From: Perna viridis
Taxonomy: Eukaryota
Assembly: GCA_037379345.1 (NCBI GenBank)
Contig: CM074512.1
Coordinates: 46,376,001 to 46,440,000, forward strand
Reading direction: 5' to 3'
Length of the DNA stretch: 64,000 nucleotides
This document shows, piece by piece, positions 38,640 to 50,649 of the stretch; the first letter of the stretch is position 1; each line of letters opens with the position of its first letter. The notes beneath the pieces are model-generated. The model had not been told where the DNA came from and made no database searches. It worked only from the letters and a program-made list of their open reading frames with translations. A program made the translations under genes and the position numbers.

Positions 38640-41600
38640 GGGGTCCTCTGATGAAGGATTTTATATTGATACTCAGGTTTGTGGAAAAGATGTTTCAATG
38701 TTAGTAGACACGGGTGCAAGTGTAACAATTTTGAATCAGAAATTTTTAGTAACTTAAATCCTTCATCCAGGCCTTCTATTTCTCCTGTAAAAATTAAAAT
38801 GATAACCGCAACTGGTGAACTATCTCCTTTTGTTGGTCAGATTGATGTTCATATTAGTTTGGGAGGAAATTTGATAAAACATAATTTATTAATTGCTGAT
38901 ATTCCCACCGAGGGCATTCTTGGAATGGATTTTTTCACTAAAACTGGGTGTGATGTACTTTTGAGCAAAAGTTGTATTCGTTATCATGGTCAAGAGTTAC
39001 CTTGTTTTAAATACAAAAACCATACTGAAGCTTCATGTTGCAGAATTTGTATTCACGAAAAAGTAGTTTTGCCTCCATCAAGTGAAACTATAGTTTCTGG
39101 TAAAGCCGTTGACCCTTTAGTTAAAGGAAAAACGGCCCTTGTAGACCCAGTTGATAAATATATAACAAAACATGGATTGCTTATAGCAAGAGCTGTAGTT
39201 CAACCAAAGTCTGGTCTAATACCAATGAAAATTTTAAATGTCACTGACCAAGAACATGTCTTGCAGAAAAACACATTGGCAGCCATTTTGGAACCTATTG
39301 ATACTAAAACAGTTCAGGAATATCAAACAGTAAATGCAGTTAATGTGCTGAAAATTCTATGAATATTTTGTCTGAACATGTTCAAACTGTATTTGATAAA
39401 AATAATAAGGAGTTGTCAGAGGATGAAAAATTACAGTTTAAAAATATTTTAGACAAATATCAGAATTCTTTTTCAAAATCAGTTACTGATATTGGTCGTT
39501 CAGAATTGATTGAACATACTATCAATACGGGACAAATTCCTCCAATACGACAACAGCCTCGACGGGTGCCTTAAGCTAAAATTCAAGAAGCAGATGCTGA
39601 AATCGAGAAAATGCCGCTCAAAATATTATAGAGCCTAGTATTAGTCCATGGTGCTCACCAGTTGTAATTTTACGCAAGAAGGATGGGTCTATCAGTTTTG
39701 CTATTGATTATAGGATGTTGAATCACTATACAGTTAAAGATTCACACCCTTTACCCCGGATAGATGATACTTTAGATGCTTTATCTGGCTCGAAATAATA
39801 TTCAACAATGGATCTCAAAAGTGGTTACCACCAGGTAGCTATTACACCAGAAGATAGACCAAAAACAGCTTTCTCTTACCCTGGTAGCGGTTTGTAGCAA
39901 TTCACAGTTTTAGCTTTTGGGTTATGTAATGCCCCTGCAATCTTTGAAAGATTAATGCTGAAGATTTTAAGCGGGCTCGCTTGGAAAGTCTGCTTAGTAT
40001 ACTTGGATGACATAATTGTTTTCTCCAAAACTTTTGATGAGCATCTTAAGAACTTAACAGAGGTCCTTGATCGATTAAAAGGGTCAAATTTAAAATTAAA
40101 TCCTAAAAAATGCCATTTCTTTCAAAGATGTGTTACCTTTCTGGGTCATGTTGTTAGTGAAAATGGGGTGGCTACAGATCCGGAAAAGACAAAAGCTGTT
40201 TCAGAGTGGCCGGTTCCTAAGAATGTTAAAGAAATCAGATCATTTTTAGGCCTTCGCTCTTATTATCGCAAATATATTTTTCATTTTGCAGATACTGCGA
40301 GAGAGTTGCACAAATTAACAGAGAAAAACCAACCGTTTGTTTGGTCTGATAAATGTCAAATAGCAATTAATACTCTAAAGCAGAGATTAATAAATGCACT
40401 CATTTTAGCATACCCTAAAAATGAGGGTTTATTCATAATTGATACAGATGCTAGCAATACATGTCTAGGATCTGTACTCTCCCAAATCATTTAGCAGAGT
40501 AAAAAGAAAATATTGTGTTACTCGCAGAGAATTATTGGCGGTGGTAATTGCTATAAAACACTTTCATCATTATTTATATGGTCGACACTGTATTGTTCGC
40601 AGTGATCATGGTGCTTTACGCTGGTTATTAAATTTTAAAAATCCAGAAGGTCAGATAGCTCGCTGGTTTGAAATATTATCAACGTATGACTTTGAAATTG
40701 AGCACCGAGCAGGTCGCTCTCACTCTAATGCACCCCGTGCAGGTCCGGGTGTTAAAAGAATAGGCCTGCAGCAGCGCCAAGCTTGTCGTAAAAGGCGACT
40801 AAATAGTGCTCAGAACCCTAGCCGGGGGCTAGGGCGTTCTGCCCACAGAGCAACTGGGATGTGTGCCCCAGGCGGTGGAATGGGGTATCCCTGGCGTGTT
40901 ACATGCTGGGGTTGTCAGGCTATAAGACGGAAAACCTGACCGCAAACCATAGTGGTGCACCGTGTTGGGAAAAATGCCACGTTCCTCGCAGGTTAAAGAA
41001 CCCTACTGTGGTATTCTCCCGGAGTAGGAACCACAGTGCTCCGCCACAGGAGGTTAAATTGCCCGACCATACCCACCTCTCCCAATTTCCAGTGGCAATC
41101 AAAATTTGTCGACCCCATTATCCTTGTGTCCCATCCCTTTTTTATTTCATCATCATTTCATGTTCATTTTATCATCAATTTCATGTTCATCGTCTGAATA
41201 TAGCTGAAATATTGCTGCTCGGACGTTAAACCCCAACAAAAAAAAACCAGACACTCTAATGCTGACGCTTTATCACGACGTCCCTGCAATGACAGTTGTA
41301 GTCATTGTAATCGTTATGAACAAAAATGTGAAAACCAACAGTGTGAAACAGCTGATGTCAATATTTTTAAAGAGATTAAGGGGAATAACTCAGAAAAATT
41401 ATCAAAAAGTTTCTCAAAAGAAGAAATAGTTGCTGTTAAAATAACTACCCGATCTGGAAAGATTTTGGGGGAATCTTCTTCTTTTAGTAATCAGGAATCT
41501 TTAGATTTGCAAAGCTTTCCTGCAACTTCTGAAGATGATCATGATTTAATGAAAAGTCAAATGATTTTGAAATCAGTTTATTGTTATTATGGCTGGAGAA

Positions 41601-42840
41601 GGGAGAAAACCCCCCCTGGAAAATTGTATCTCCTTATAGTGCTGCCATAAAATATTATTGGACTCTCTGGGATTCTTTGTGTATAAAGAAAGGAATTTTA
41701 TATTATAGATGGGAGACCATCAATGGATGTAGAAGGAAGTTTTTAATTGTTTTGTCCAGCAATTTGAGAAATTTGGTTTTAACACATTTACATAATAGCA
41801 TTACTGGGGGACATTTAGGGGTTAAGAAAACCTTATCTAAAGTTAGGGAAAGATATTCCTGGTATAAACAGCGAGATGATGTTGAAAATTGGTGTAGGCA
41901 ATGTGATATATGTGCTTCGAAGAAACCTCCAATTAAGAAGCTGAAAGGACCTCTACAGCAATATAATGTTGGGGCTCCCCTCGAACGAATTGCAGTTGAT
42001 ATTTTGGGTCCCCTAACAAGGTCAAACAAAGGGAATAAATATTTGCTGGTTGTGGGTGATTATTTTTCAATATGGGCTGATGCAATTCCCATTAGGGATC
42101 AAGAAGCAAAAACAGTTGTAAATAAACTAGTTGAGAGGGTCATAACTATATTAGGAGTCCCAATGGAGATTCATTCTGATCAGGGAACAAATTTTGAATC
42201 CCAAGTCTTTAACGAAATGTGTAAACTTTTAGGTTTGCATAAAACCAGAACCACGGGACTAAGACCTCAAAGTGATGGCATGGTTGAAAAAGCAAATTCT
42301 ACAATTTTAAATATGTTGGCAAGTTTTGTTGCTGAGAACCAAAAGGATTGGGATTAATATATATATCTATTAATGATGGCGTATAGAGCTTCTGCTCATG
42401 AGATCACCAAAGTCTCCCCTTATGAAATGATGTTTGGTCGCAATATGAATTTAACTATTGATTTGATTATAGGACACCCTGAAAATAATTATATGTATCA
42501 GGAATTACATAGTGAATATGTTTATGAGCTTTCTCAGAAAATAGAGAAAATTTGCCAGAGAACATATAATGCTTTCAAGCAATAACATGAAGCGTTTTTT
42601 ATGACAGGAGTATAAATTTCAAAAGATTTAATGCCGGAGAATCTGTTTGGCTGTATAGTCCAGCTCGAACAAGAGGGTTGAATCCTAAATTGCAGAGACC
42701 GTGGCAAGGACCTTTTGAAGTCTTGGAGAGAATAAATGATGTTATTTATAAAAAAAGAAAAGGCCCCAGGTCCAAAATTAAAATTGTTCATCATGATCGA
42801 TTAAAATCATATGTTGGGGAACCATCCAGGGTTGGAACAT
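38640..42840 (+). pseudogene. pol: pol (protease-RT-RNaseH-integrase), disrupted by stops, frameshifts, a small RNaseH deletion and a retroposon insertion
   Basis: LVDTGAS (~38701), SPWCSPVV, DLKSGYHQV, FGLCNAPA, YLDD (~40000), DTDAS, HHCC zinc motif GGHLG..CDIC, AVDILG, HSDQG, GMVE, and GPY-like WQGPF. Confidence 0.93.
40732..41251 (+). mobile_element. ~510-bp retroposon, copy C, inserted in Gypsy pol
   Basis: 11-bp TSD cactctaatgc (40721-40731 / 41252-41262). Removing it restores HRAGRSHSNA-DALSRRPC. Confidence 0.95.
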
Positions 42841-42980
42841 AGAGTTTGCAGTATTTATAAAATAAAAAAAATTACAATGTATTGAGATTGCATAGCAGCA
42901 TTAACCCGTTAAAAAATAATAATAATAACAATAACAATAAGTCATGCCTAAATTATATGGTTTGATAATTGTTCTTGTAG

Positions 42981-44179
42981 GTAACTTTATATAGGTGTGG
43001 GCTATGTCTCAACCATGACTTTGACAGACCATTTAAGGTGGAGCGACACATGGATGAGCAGCACTCTAATTTTGGATACGTGTGTCCAGAATGTAGCAGG
43101 CTTTTCCTATGAAAAAACTCTCAACACAAAAACTGCAAGCATGGAGAAGCTGGGGGAAAAGATCTAAAGTTTGTTCGTAGGGAAAATTTCAAGTATGGGG
43201 AGGAGGAGAAACAGAAATATAAAAAATTTAGGAAGGATAGTAGGGAACAAATACAAACAATACACCCTATTCCTCCTTCTAAATCCCTATCTATAGAAAA
43301 GAAGGAAGGAGCAGAGAAAGAGAAACATCTTAATCTTATTAGTACAAAACAATAAACTGAAAAGTCAAAGAAAACACAAGAAAATAGGAAGAAAAAAACT
43401 ACAAAAAGGAAACTCATACTGGAAGACCAAGAAGAACCAGCGAAGAGGTCACCCTTATCAGATAATATATTCAATAAGAAAAGGACACTCATCATAAAAC
43501 CAGTCTCCCAAGTTAGGCATGACAATATTTTTGCACCGCTCCTTACCCCTCCTGCAGTGCCAATATCTCCACTTAAATCTACAACTTCTGCTCATGATTC
43601 CCCAATTACTATAATATCACCAATGTGTAATCAATCTGAATGTACAACTTCCATTGCCACACCAGCTCGCAGCTCTAGCTTACCACTCAAAGACAATTCT
43701 CCTAGTAAAACTAACAGCCCAATACAGATGCAATTTCTCTATATGCTCCAGAATACACAGATTCTACCAGCACCAAGGAGGTAGACTACATTCCTACACC
43801 AAAATATATGTTGAAGTTGAAAACTATGGCGGATTGCCAAAAATCTAGAATCATTTTAAATATTGGTGGATCCAGGTTTGAAACCTGTGCAGAGACTCTT
43901 ATGAAGGATCCTTCCTCAATTCTATCATACAAGGTACTGCCAGAATCACCATTCAAGCCATACAACGTGGACAATATCTACGCCTACTTCATAGACAGAG
44001 ACCCCCGTCAGTTTATCCACGTTCTCAACTACCTTCGGAGGAACTGTGACAGTGATATTTCTACACTACCTACAAGTATTCCAGCCCTTAGAGAACTCCA
44101 GCAAGAGTGCAGTTTCTACAACTTAACCAACCTACACAATTTAGTGGAGACCAGAATTTCAGACATTTTGTCTCGATGA
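42981..44179 (+). pseudogene. Extra ORF of the Gypsy element: C2H2-type zinc fingers, Lys-rich and Ser/Pro-rich linker, KCTD/T1-type BTB domain (2 stops, 1 frameshift)
   Basis: After acceptor-like ttcttgtag: YRCGLCLNHDFDRPFKVERHMDEQH..YVCPECSRLFL*KNSQHKNC.., continuing in the same frame to ~43720. The frame then shifts into DAISLYAPEY..MLKLK..IILNIGGSRFETCAETL..DPSSIL..YFIDRDPRQFIHVLNYLR..LP..LRELQQECSFYNL (BTB_2 signature). Confidence 0.85.
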
Positions 44180-44974
44180 TATTGTGAATTATTATACTTT
44201 CTATTTACAATAAGCATTGGTTGTTGTTCCCGCTTCCCATGATATTGTAAAGAAGTATCCCCGTGTATCCCTTGGGTGGGTATTTTTCATATTTTATTGT
44301 TAATATTGTAGCCTATAATAATGTAGGTTATAGCTTTAACCTAAGAAGGTTTGAGCTTTGAAAGTACCTTGGTAACTGTGATTATTCTTTACTGTTATTG
44401 ATTCCAATAGTGTTGCAGTTGTTTGCTGATATGAAACATGTATTCACACATGTATTTATGCTGAATCATTTGGCTATTGTGAATTGAATGAAGGCTGAAG
44501 TGATATGTTTTCTTCGTTTTTTTTCTTGTGTGTGTGATGTTGTTAGGTGCACCAGGATTATTGCTGGTAGTGTAATTGCTTGTATAATATTAGGTACATG
44601 ATATATATATGTATATTTCTGGTGCCAAGGACTTTATGCACTAGGAATGAAAGAGACGTTTCTAATTAGTGATATCAGTATTGATGAAAAACATTGTTTA
44701 AAATATTTACAATGTACGTGTCATTGGTAACGTATGATGATTTTACTTGGTGCATCTGATGGCATTGCAAAAAAAAATTTCAGTTGTTTTATTTTTGGGA
44801 ATAGAAGTGTTTTGGTAAATGATGGTGTAATTGTGTATTAATTTTGTTTGTATTGTTATATATTTTGGAAGTGTAAACTTGATAGCAGTGGCTCATTACT
44901 AAATATTAGTTTGAGAATCTGTTGTCAAATAATAGAATATCTGCATAGATTTGAGGACAAATCCTTGTTTTCAT

Positions 44975-44988
44975 AAGGGAGGGGGTAG
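44975..44988 (+). promoter_or_regulatory. Polypurine tract
   Basis: aagggagggggtag immediately before the 3' LTR. Confidence 0.9.
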
Positions 44989-45937
44989 TGTTACGGCTGG
45001 TGAATTTCAGTATCGGACATATTATTGTCAATTATCGGTTTCGTGTAGTATTCTCATTCACCAGTATTTTTACATACAGATATTCGGTCATTTTTTGCAA
45101 TGCTTGGTGCTTGGACTGAAGAATTGTTTTACCTGTTATAAATAATATTTGTAATTATCATTTTATCGTTGTCCCGAACACACTTGACTGTATTATTGTT
45201 AATTTATCTCCGTGTTCGGAGTTGCACATCGAATTCGGCGCCATTCCGTGTGATGTGTAATTGTGTGTAGTTATTTACTGTTGTTTGTGTACTACGTCAT
45301 GTCCTAGTTACTATGTAAATAAATAGCGTAGGCTTACACCGAGCTGTCATCTGTTCCTTTGATCTTTTGACAGACAGTTGTAGAAGCCAATTGGCTTACT
45401 GCGTAAATTATCGCCCAAAGTCAAATTAGTTTTGGCCAGAAACTGGTAATTTCTAATTATTTGTGAACTTTTATGCTGCTATTACTTATTATCTACAGAC
45501 TGCTCCGACGTCTGCTGGGGCTTACTTTTCGAGGAAATTACTCCAAGTAAACTTTTGGCAACACCAACTAAGTGTTTGGTGCTGCACCAAGTGAATTACT
45601 CGGTGCACAAATTATTACCTTAATCCTTATAGTGTAAGAGATATTGAGTTTTTATTCATTAACTTGGTCACCTTGTGAAAAGTGTTTGATGCTGCACCAA
45701 ACTGCCCCAAGTGCAGTTTGCTCCAAGTATACCAAGTATATGTGTGTCAAAGATTTCTGTGATTAGGATTCACCGTATCATTTTATTAATTTATCATATT
45801 GCTGATACCTATGTATGCAGAGTTTAAGATTGCTAATTATATAAATTATTGAACTTCCATCCAATCTTTATTATTATTTCCTACACCAGGGACCCACAAA
45901 AATTATAGTCAACTCCAAAAATAGTTGGGGCGTTACA
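44989..45937 (+). repeat. 3' LTR (949 bp)
   Basis: Direct repeat of the 5' LTR, followed by TSD atat. Confidence 0.95.
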
Positions 45938-47130
45938 ATATTGATGGTGAAAAATTAAAAATAAAAGCTAAGTTTTTGCTTTATGTTTTGTTTTTGTTTC
46001 TTTTTTTTCCATTTCAAATAATAATCTGTTATTAAAAAAAAATGATCATATATCTTACATTTTCGGGCCAAAAAAATTTAACAGTACTAGTTTTAAAATG
46101 CTAGTATAGCTATCAAATTCGTTACTTATGGCGTCACATGACTACCACAGAACATTTTTGACATAAAAAAGAATGTTTTAGTCTGGTGGCGAGGTGGGTG
46201 TTTTTCTTTTCTCAGTTATAGTTACTGTTATAATTGGTTCTTGAGCGAGTTACCTTCTACAATTCTGCTCAAACAATTTCAATATTTTAGTGAAAGTTAC
46301 ATAACTTTGTGTGAATTTCTTTTGTTTTATCGAATCTGGTTACCCCATTCTCGTTTTTAAAATTAAAGTACTACTCTGTCTAGGAATCAAGCAAAATGTA
46401 CATGAGGTGTGGCAATGAAAAAAAAAATTAACACAGAGATTAAGTTGCATTATCCAAGTATTTATACCTTATAACCTCCAGAAATAATCATCATAGTGTT
46501 TGTAAAGTTTGCCTTTGGCCAAATTTAGTTGAAATGCATGCAAGAAAAATGGCGGGAAAATTTTCTCGCACTTTTTCCGTATGTAACCAGTAAAAATATC
46601 TACGTCACAGATGATTCAGAATAAATTTAAAATTTAAATGGCTTTTTTTTTTCGTTTGTCAACTAGATGTCTTGAACATATTTTAGGCAGGAAGGACCAA
46701 AATTTAATTGAGAAAATGATGTGCCACCCATTGCTTGATTCTTACAGAGAATTATACTTAAAAAGCCACCAATCTATTACATTTATTTTTTTTTAAAGTT
46801 TTTTTTTTCTTTTTTCGATAACAATACAACATTTTTTGCACAAACGATTTAAATAATGTGTTAGATATAGATTTAGGAAATGTCTTTTGTTACAATTGAC
46901 GTAGTATATGTTGATAACAATTGACGTATTGTTACCTTTATCGACATGTAATAAGTAGTTTGACATTGTAAAAAAAATACGTGTTTATGAATTACAAACT
47001 CTTAAAGTAATTGAACTTCAAGTATATAACTGTACTCAGTGACTGTACTATAATATTTTGTCATACGCGTGGTCTATCTCGGAGAAGACATTTGAACTAT
47101 ACACCATTTGAATATACAAATTGGCATTTA

Positions 47131-47562
47131 AGCGGGGGCTAGGCGCTCTGCCCACAGAGCAACTGGGATGTGTGCACCAGGTGGTGGAATGGGGTACCCC
47201 TGGCGTGTTACATGCTGGGGTTGTCAGGCTATAATACGGAAAACCTGACCGCAAACCACAGTGGTGCACCGTGTTGGGAAAGATGTCACGTTCTTCGCAC
47301 GTTAAAGAACCCTACTGTGGTATTCTCCCGGAGTAGGAACCACAGGGCTCCGCCACAGGAGGTTAAATTGCCCGACCCTACCCACCTCTCCCTATTTCCA
47401 GTGGCAATCAAAATTTGTCGACCCCATTGTCCTTGTGTCCCATCCCTTTTTCATTTCATCATTGTTTCATGTTCATTTTATCATCAATTTCATGTTCATC
47501 GTCTGAATATAGCTGAAATATTGCTGCTCGGACGTTAAACTCCAACAAACAAACAAACAAAC
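47131..47562 (+). mobile_element. ~510-bp retroposon, copy D (5'-truncated)
   Basis: Starts at gcgggggctagg and has a (CAAA)n tail; no clear TSD. Confidence 0.9.
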
Positions 47563-47665
47563 TATCACATTCTCGATTTTTATTCTGTTCCAAGTTAACA
47601 AATGCCAATTTAGAAGAGAAAAATGTCAACTTGGACCTGCGAAGTGTCGGACATCGTGGTTGTTG

Positions 47666-49443
47666 GGTGTCATCCAAATTGTCCCACATTTTAAAAATTA
47701 CAGGTAAAAATGTGTGGGACAAGTGGGAATTGTGTACATGTTAATTAGTTGTTTTCACACCCTTATTACAATAGGTAATTATGTATAGTCTTTTTCTGAA
47801 TATTATCTAATTGTATTATGTAGTATCTATAGATAAATTGTTCCTGAAGTATATTTATTGCTATAAAATATGTAACTTATTATAAAATAAAATAGATCTT
47901 TTCCAATCCTTTGTACTGATGCCTGGTAACAGAGGGAGATATTCCATGTGGATAGTTTGAATGCATTTTGAACTGTGCTTTTTGATGATGCTTTTTCCAT
48001 ATTAATATTTTTCTCCTTGGGTGATAATTGAAACAACAATAATTTTTTCTAATAGTTATTAATTGCTTTATGATATATTTCAATATTTATGAAAATAACA
48101 AGATTCACAAAAATTAACAGAGAATGATAATAATGCACTATTACAGTATAAAACAAACAGTAAAATGTTCACACACTTCTACCCAAGGTGAATAAGCTGA
48201 GATGCTGCATCAGCATAATTGATAACTGTGATTTCCCCGTTGCGTAGTCTTTGTTTGAGTAGTTGCAGTCTGTTGTCTATATTTCTGTATTTGCGGCGCT
48301 TTCTTGTTGGTAGTCCCTCTGCTCTAATTTGGATGATATTTACTTCATTGGCTGACTGGACCTGCATGAGATGAGTAATGAATGTGTAGATGTTCGGATG
48401 TGCATGCTGTATTTGTTTCTTAATCTTGGAATGCCATCCCTCTAAGTGGTTGGTTGTTCTGGATTCATCATGGTCAAAGTGGTTCCAGATTTGCTGATCA
48501 GACTGTACCCACTGCGTTGTTACATAGTCTGTAAATGGTATTGTGTTCATGTTAATATCGGTATGTTCCAAGTCAGTCAAAGCATTAAACCACACATCTT
48601 CTACACTCTGCAGAGGAACTAAGGGTAGCACTGCTGCTCTGCGTACCAGTGTCTTGATGACTTCATTTTCTTTGTACTGTGTTTGTAGTCCTGATTGCTG
48701 TGTCTTCCTCCAAATACACTGCGTGAAATGAAAAAAAAAACACCCTCGAATTGCAATGTTAGGAAAGACAGTTGGTATGTACAATACTAAAAAACCTTCT
48801 GTAAACGTCTTCACTCTTGCCAGGGAGTAGCTCTGCTCTGTGGTTGTGTTGAATGTTGTAACCTACTGGTATGTTGTTTAAGGTTCTTATAGTAGCTGGG
48901 CATGTTCTGACAGCACATCGCCAGTAAACCCTTTCTTCACGTCGATTCTTTACCTGGAAACGGTAATTGTTGTGAACAAGACTTTGTCCACCTCTACTGT
49001 TCTCTATGAATTCTATGTTTAGCTGTGCATTAACCATTTTGACTTTGATTCAAGTTGACATTTTTACTTTCTATATATACCTCTTTTGAGATGTATTCAC
49101 ATTGATTTCAACAAGCTGAAGTGGCATGTTGCTCATAAGCAAGCCCACTTAGAAAGAAATTGATTAGCCAATTAATTAGGTCAGTTATTAAAAGTTATTA
49201 TATGACTGCTGGTTTAATTAGTTAAAATAATTAACTTCACTTTTTATTTTTATTATTATTATTATTATTTTTTAATTCCAATCAAAAATATGTATCTACA
49301 TGTATATGACTAGATGGTGATAGTGGAGTACTAGAAAAAGACTATAACTTTGTCAAAACACTAATTAATTATTTGTTGTTATAAGAATGTTGAACAACTG
49401 GGAATATAGTTTTTTTCAAATGTGGGACAAATGGGAATAAACC
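47666..49443 (-). mobile_element. Internally deleted MULE (Mutator-like) DNA transposon
   Basis: ~27-bp imperfect TIRs (ggtgtcatccaaattgtcccacattt / aaatgtgggacaaatgggaataaacc) and an 8-bp TSD ggttgttg. Confidence 0.85.
48179..49037 (-). pseudogene. FLYWCH-MULE transposase remnant
   Basis: FLYWCH (SRGGQSLVHNNYRF..YWRC..CPA..HNH) joined across a deletion to the C-terminal GCFFFHFTQCIWRK..RTTNHLEGWH. The first catalytic Asp residues are missing. Confidence 0.85.
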
Positions 49444-49622
49444 GGTTGTTGTCTAAAAACCTTTCTTCAAAACATATTTAAATCATAATAACTTGGAATT
49501 GATATTAATAAATATTCAAGTTTAATGTATAATAAATATGATCAAATGAATTAAAATAAAATAAAATCTTTGAAAAGATTTTATTAAAATATTTCAAATA
49601 CTTTTATTGTTTAAGTCATGTA

Positions 49623-50256
49623 TACTCGGCGTCACATAAATAACATACTGTTAAAATTTGAATGAAAATATTTTCTACGACTTTATTGACACCTACTGTC
49701 GTTTAAATTGTTTTAAATGACTTGCTCATTCCTTTAGCCAAACGGCTTCTCCCTAAACAAGTCGCTTATTAGCTTAAATCATGCGTAACAAATCCTTACG
49801 GGAAAATCCCATACTAATATCCGCCATGTTGGTTTCTACGGGACGATTTGTTAACAAACAAAGTTCGTAAGTTCCCGTCCAACTCCGGTGACAATCGTCT
49901 GCTTGATCAACTTCTCGGTATTGTACGTTGTTCGCGTAAAATAAATCCGGGATATCCGAAATAACGCCGAAATGCATTTTGGGTTCTTCGGTTTTTGGAC
50001 AAACCATTTAAACGTAAATAACATCTCCTTGCAACCCGATCACTGTAAACATGGCCGACTTTTTACAATGTAAATATTGGCACCGAGAATTAAAATCTGA
50101 CCGGAATTTAACGATTCAATGTTTAGGGAGAAGCCGTTTGGCTAAACGAATGAGCAAGTCATTTAAGACAATTTAAACGAAGGTAGGTGTCAATAAAGTC
50201 GTAGAAAATATTTTTATTCAAATTTTAACAGTATGTTATTTATGTGACGCGGAGTA
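49623..50256. mobile_element. MITE with ~135-bp TIRs and TA flanks (Tc1/mariner-like)
   Basis: ta|tactcggcgtcacataaataacatactg...ctccctaaaca is inverted at tgtttagggag...tatgtgacgcggagta|ta. Confidence 0.88.
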
Positions 50257-50649
50257 TAGTAGGTTTTCAAGCTGGATTGAAGTTTTCTGTTTTTTTCCCT
50301 TTTTTTTTTTTTTTTTTTTTGTTTTGTTTTATAAGATATTCTATAGCATCCATAGTGGTTAACTAGCGACCGTATAACGTACATGTTTTGTATATAGATG
50401 GACAATAAGATGTCTTCCTGATTGATGGCGTAGTTGCTAAAATAACAACAATAAACCGTGTATTCTAACAAATTAAGGAGATATTGTATTTTTCAGTAAT
50501 TGTGTTTACTAGACAGAACCTTGCTAATGAAACTATGAAACTTATGATTTTTTGCTAATTTTATAGAAATGAATTACAGCATTTATTGCATGGATGATAA
50601 TGAGTGACAATGTTAAACTTTTTTTCAGTAAAAAATATAAAATTACCAC

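Larger units (their letters stand above)
36319..45937 (+). mobile_element. Full-length Gypsy/Ty3 LTR retrotransposon (decayed pol) with an extra 3' ORF
   Basis: TG..CA LTRs, 4-bp TSD ATAT, PBS, PPT, gag, and PR-RT-RH-INT order. Confidence 0.97.

Noticed and set aside
40732-40810. Canonical HDV-like or pistol ribozyme call
   Set aside because: CTAA resembles HDV J4/2 and the pseudoknot resembles pistol, but the P3/L3/P1.1 (HDV) and P2-P3/GU (pistol) elements could not be placed; kept only as an unclassified structure.
40535-40939. RNase H ORF with a novel C-terminal extension
   Set aside because: Read-through into retroposon copy C; the TSD shows it is an insertion artefact.
40861-41229. Recurrent ~120-aa ORF (MCPRRWNGV..; also 18432, 47170, 54060, 34352) resembling a multicopy gene
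   Set aside because: It lies wholly within the retroposon; frames and ends differ between copies and there is no domain signal.
43808-44179. Host KCTD gene or potassium-channel exon
   Set aside because: It lies between integrase and PPT within paired LTRs, is intronless, and has no channel or KCTD C-terminal domain; no gene symbol assigned.
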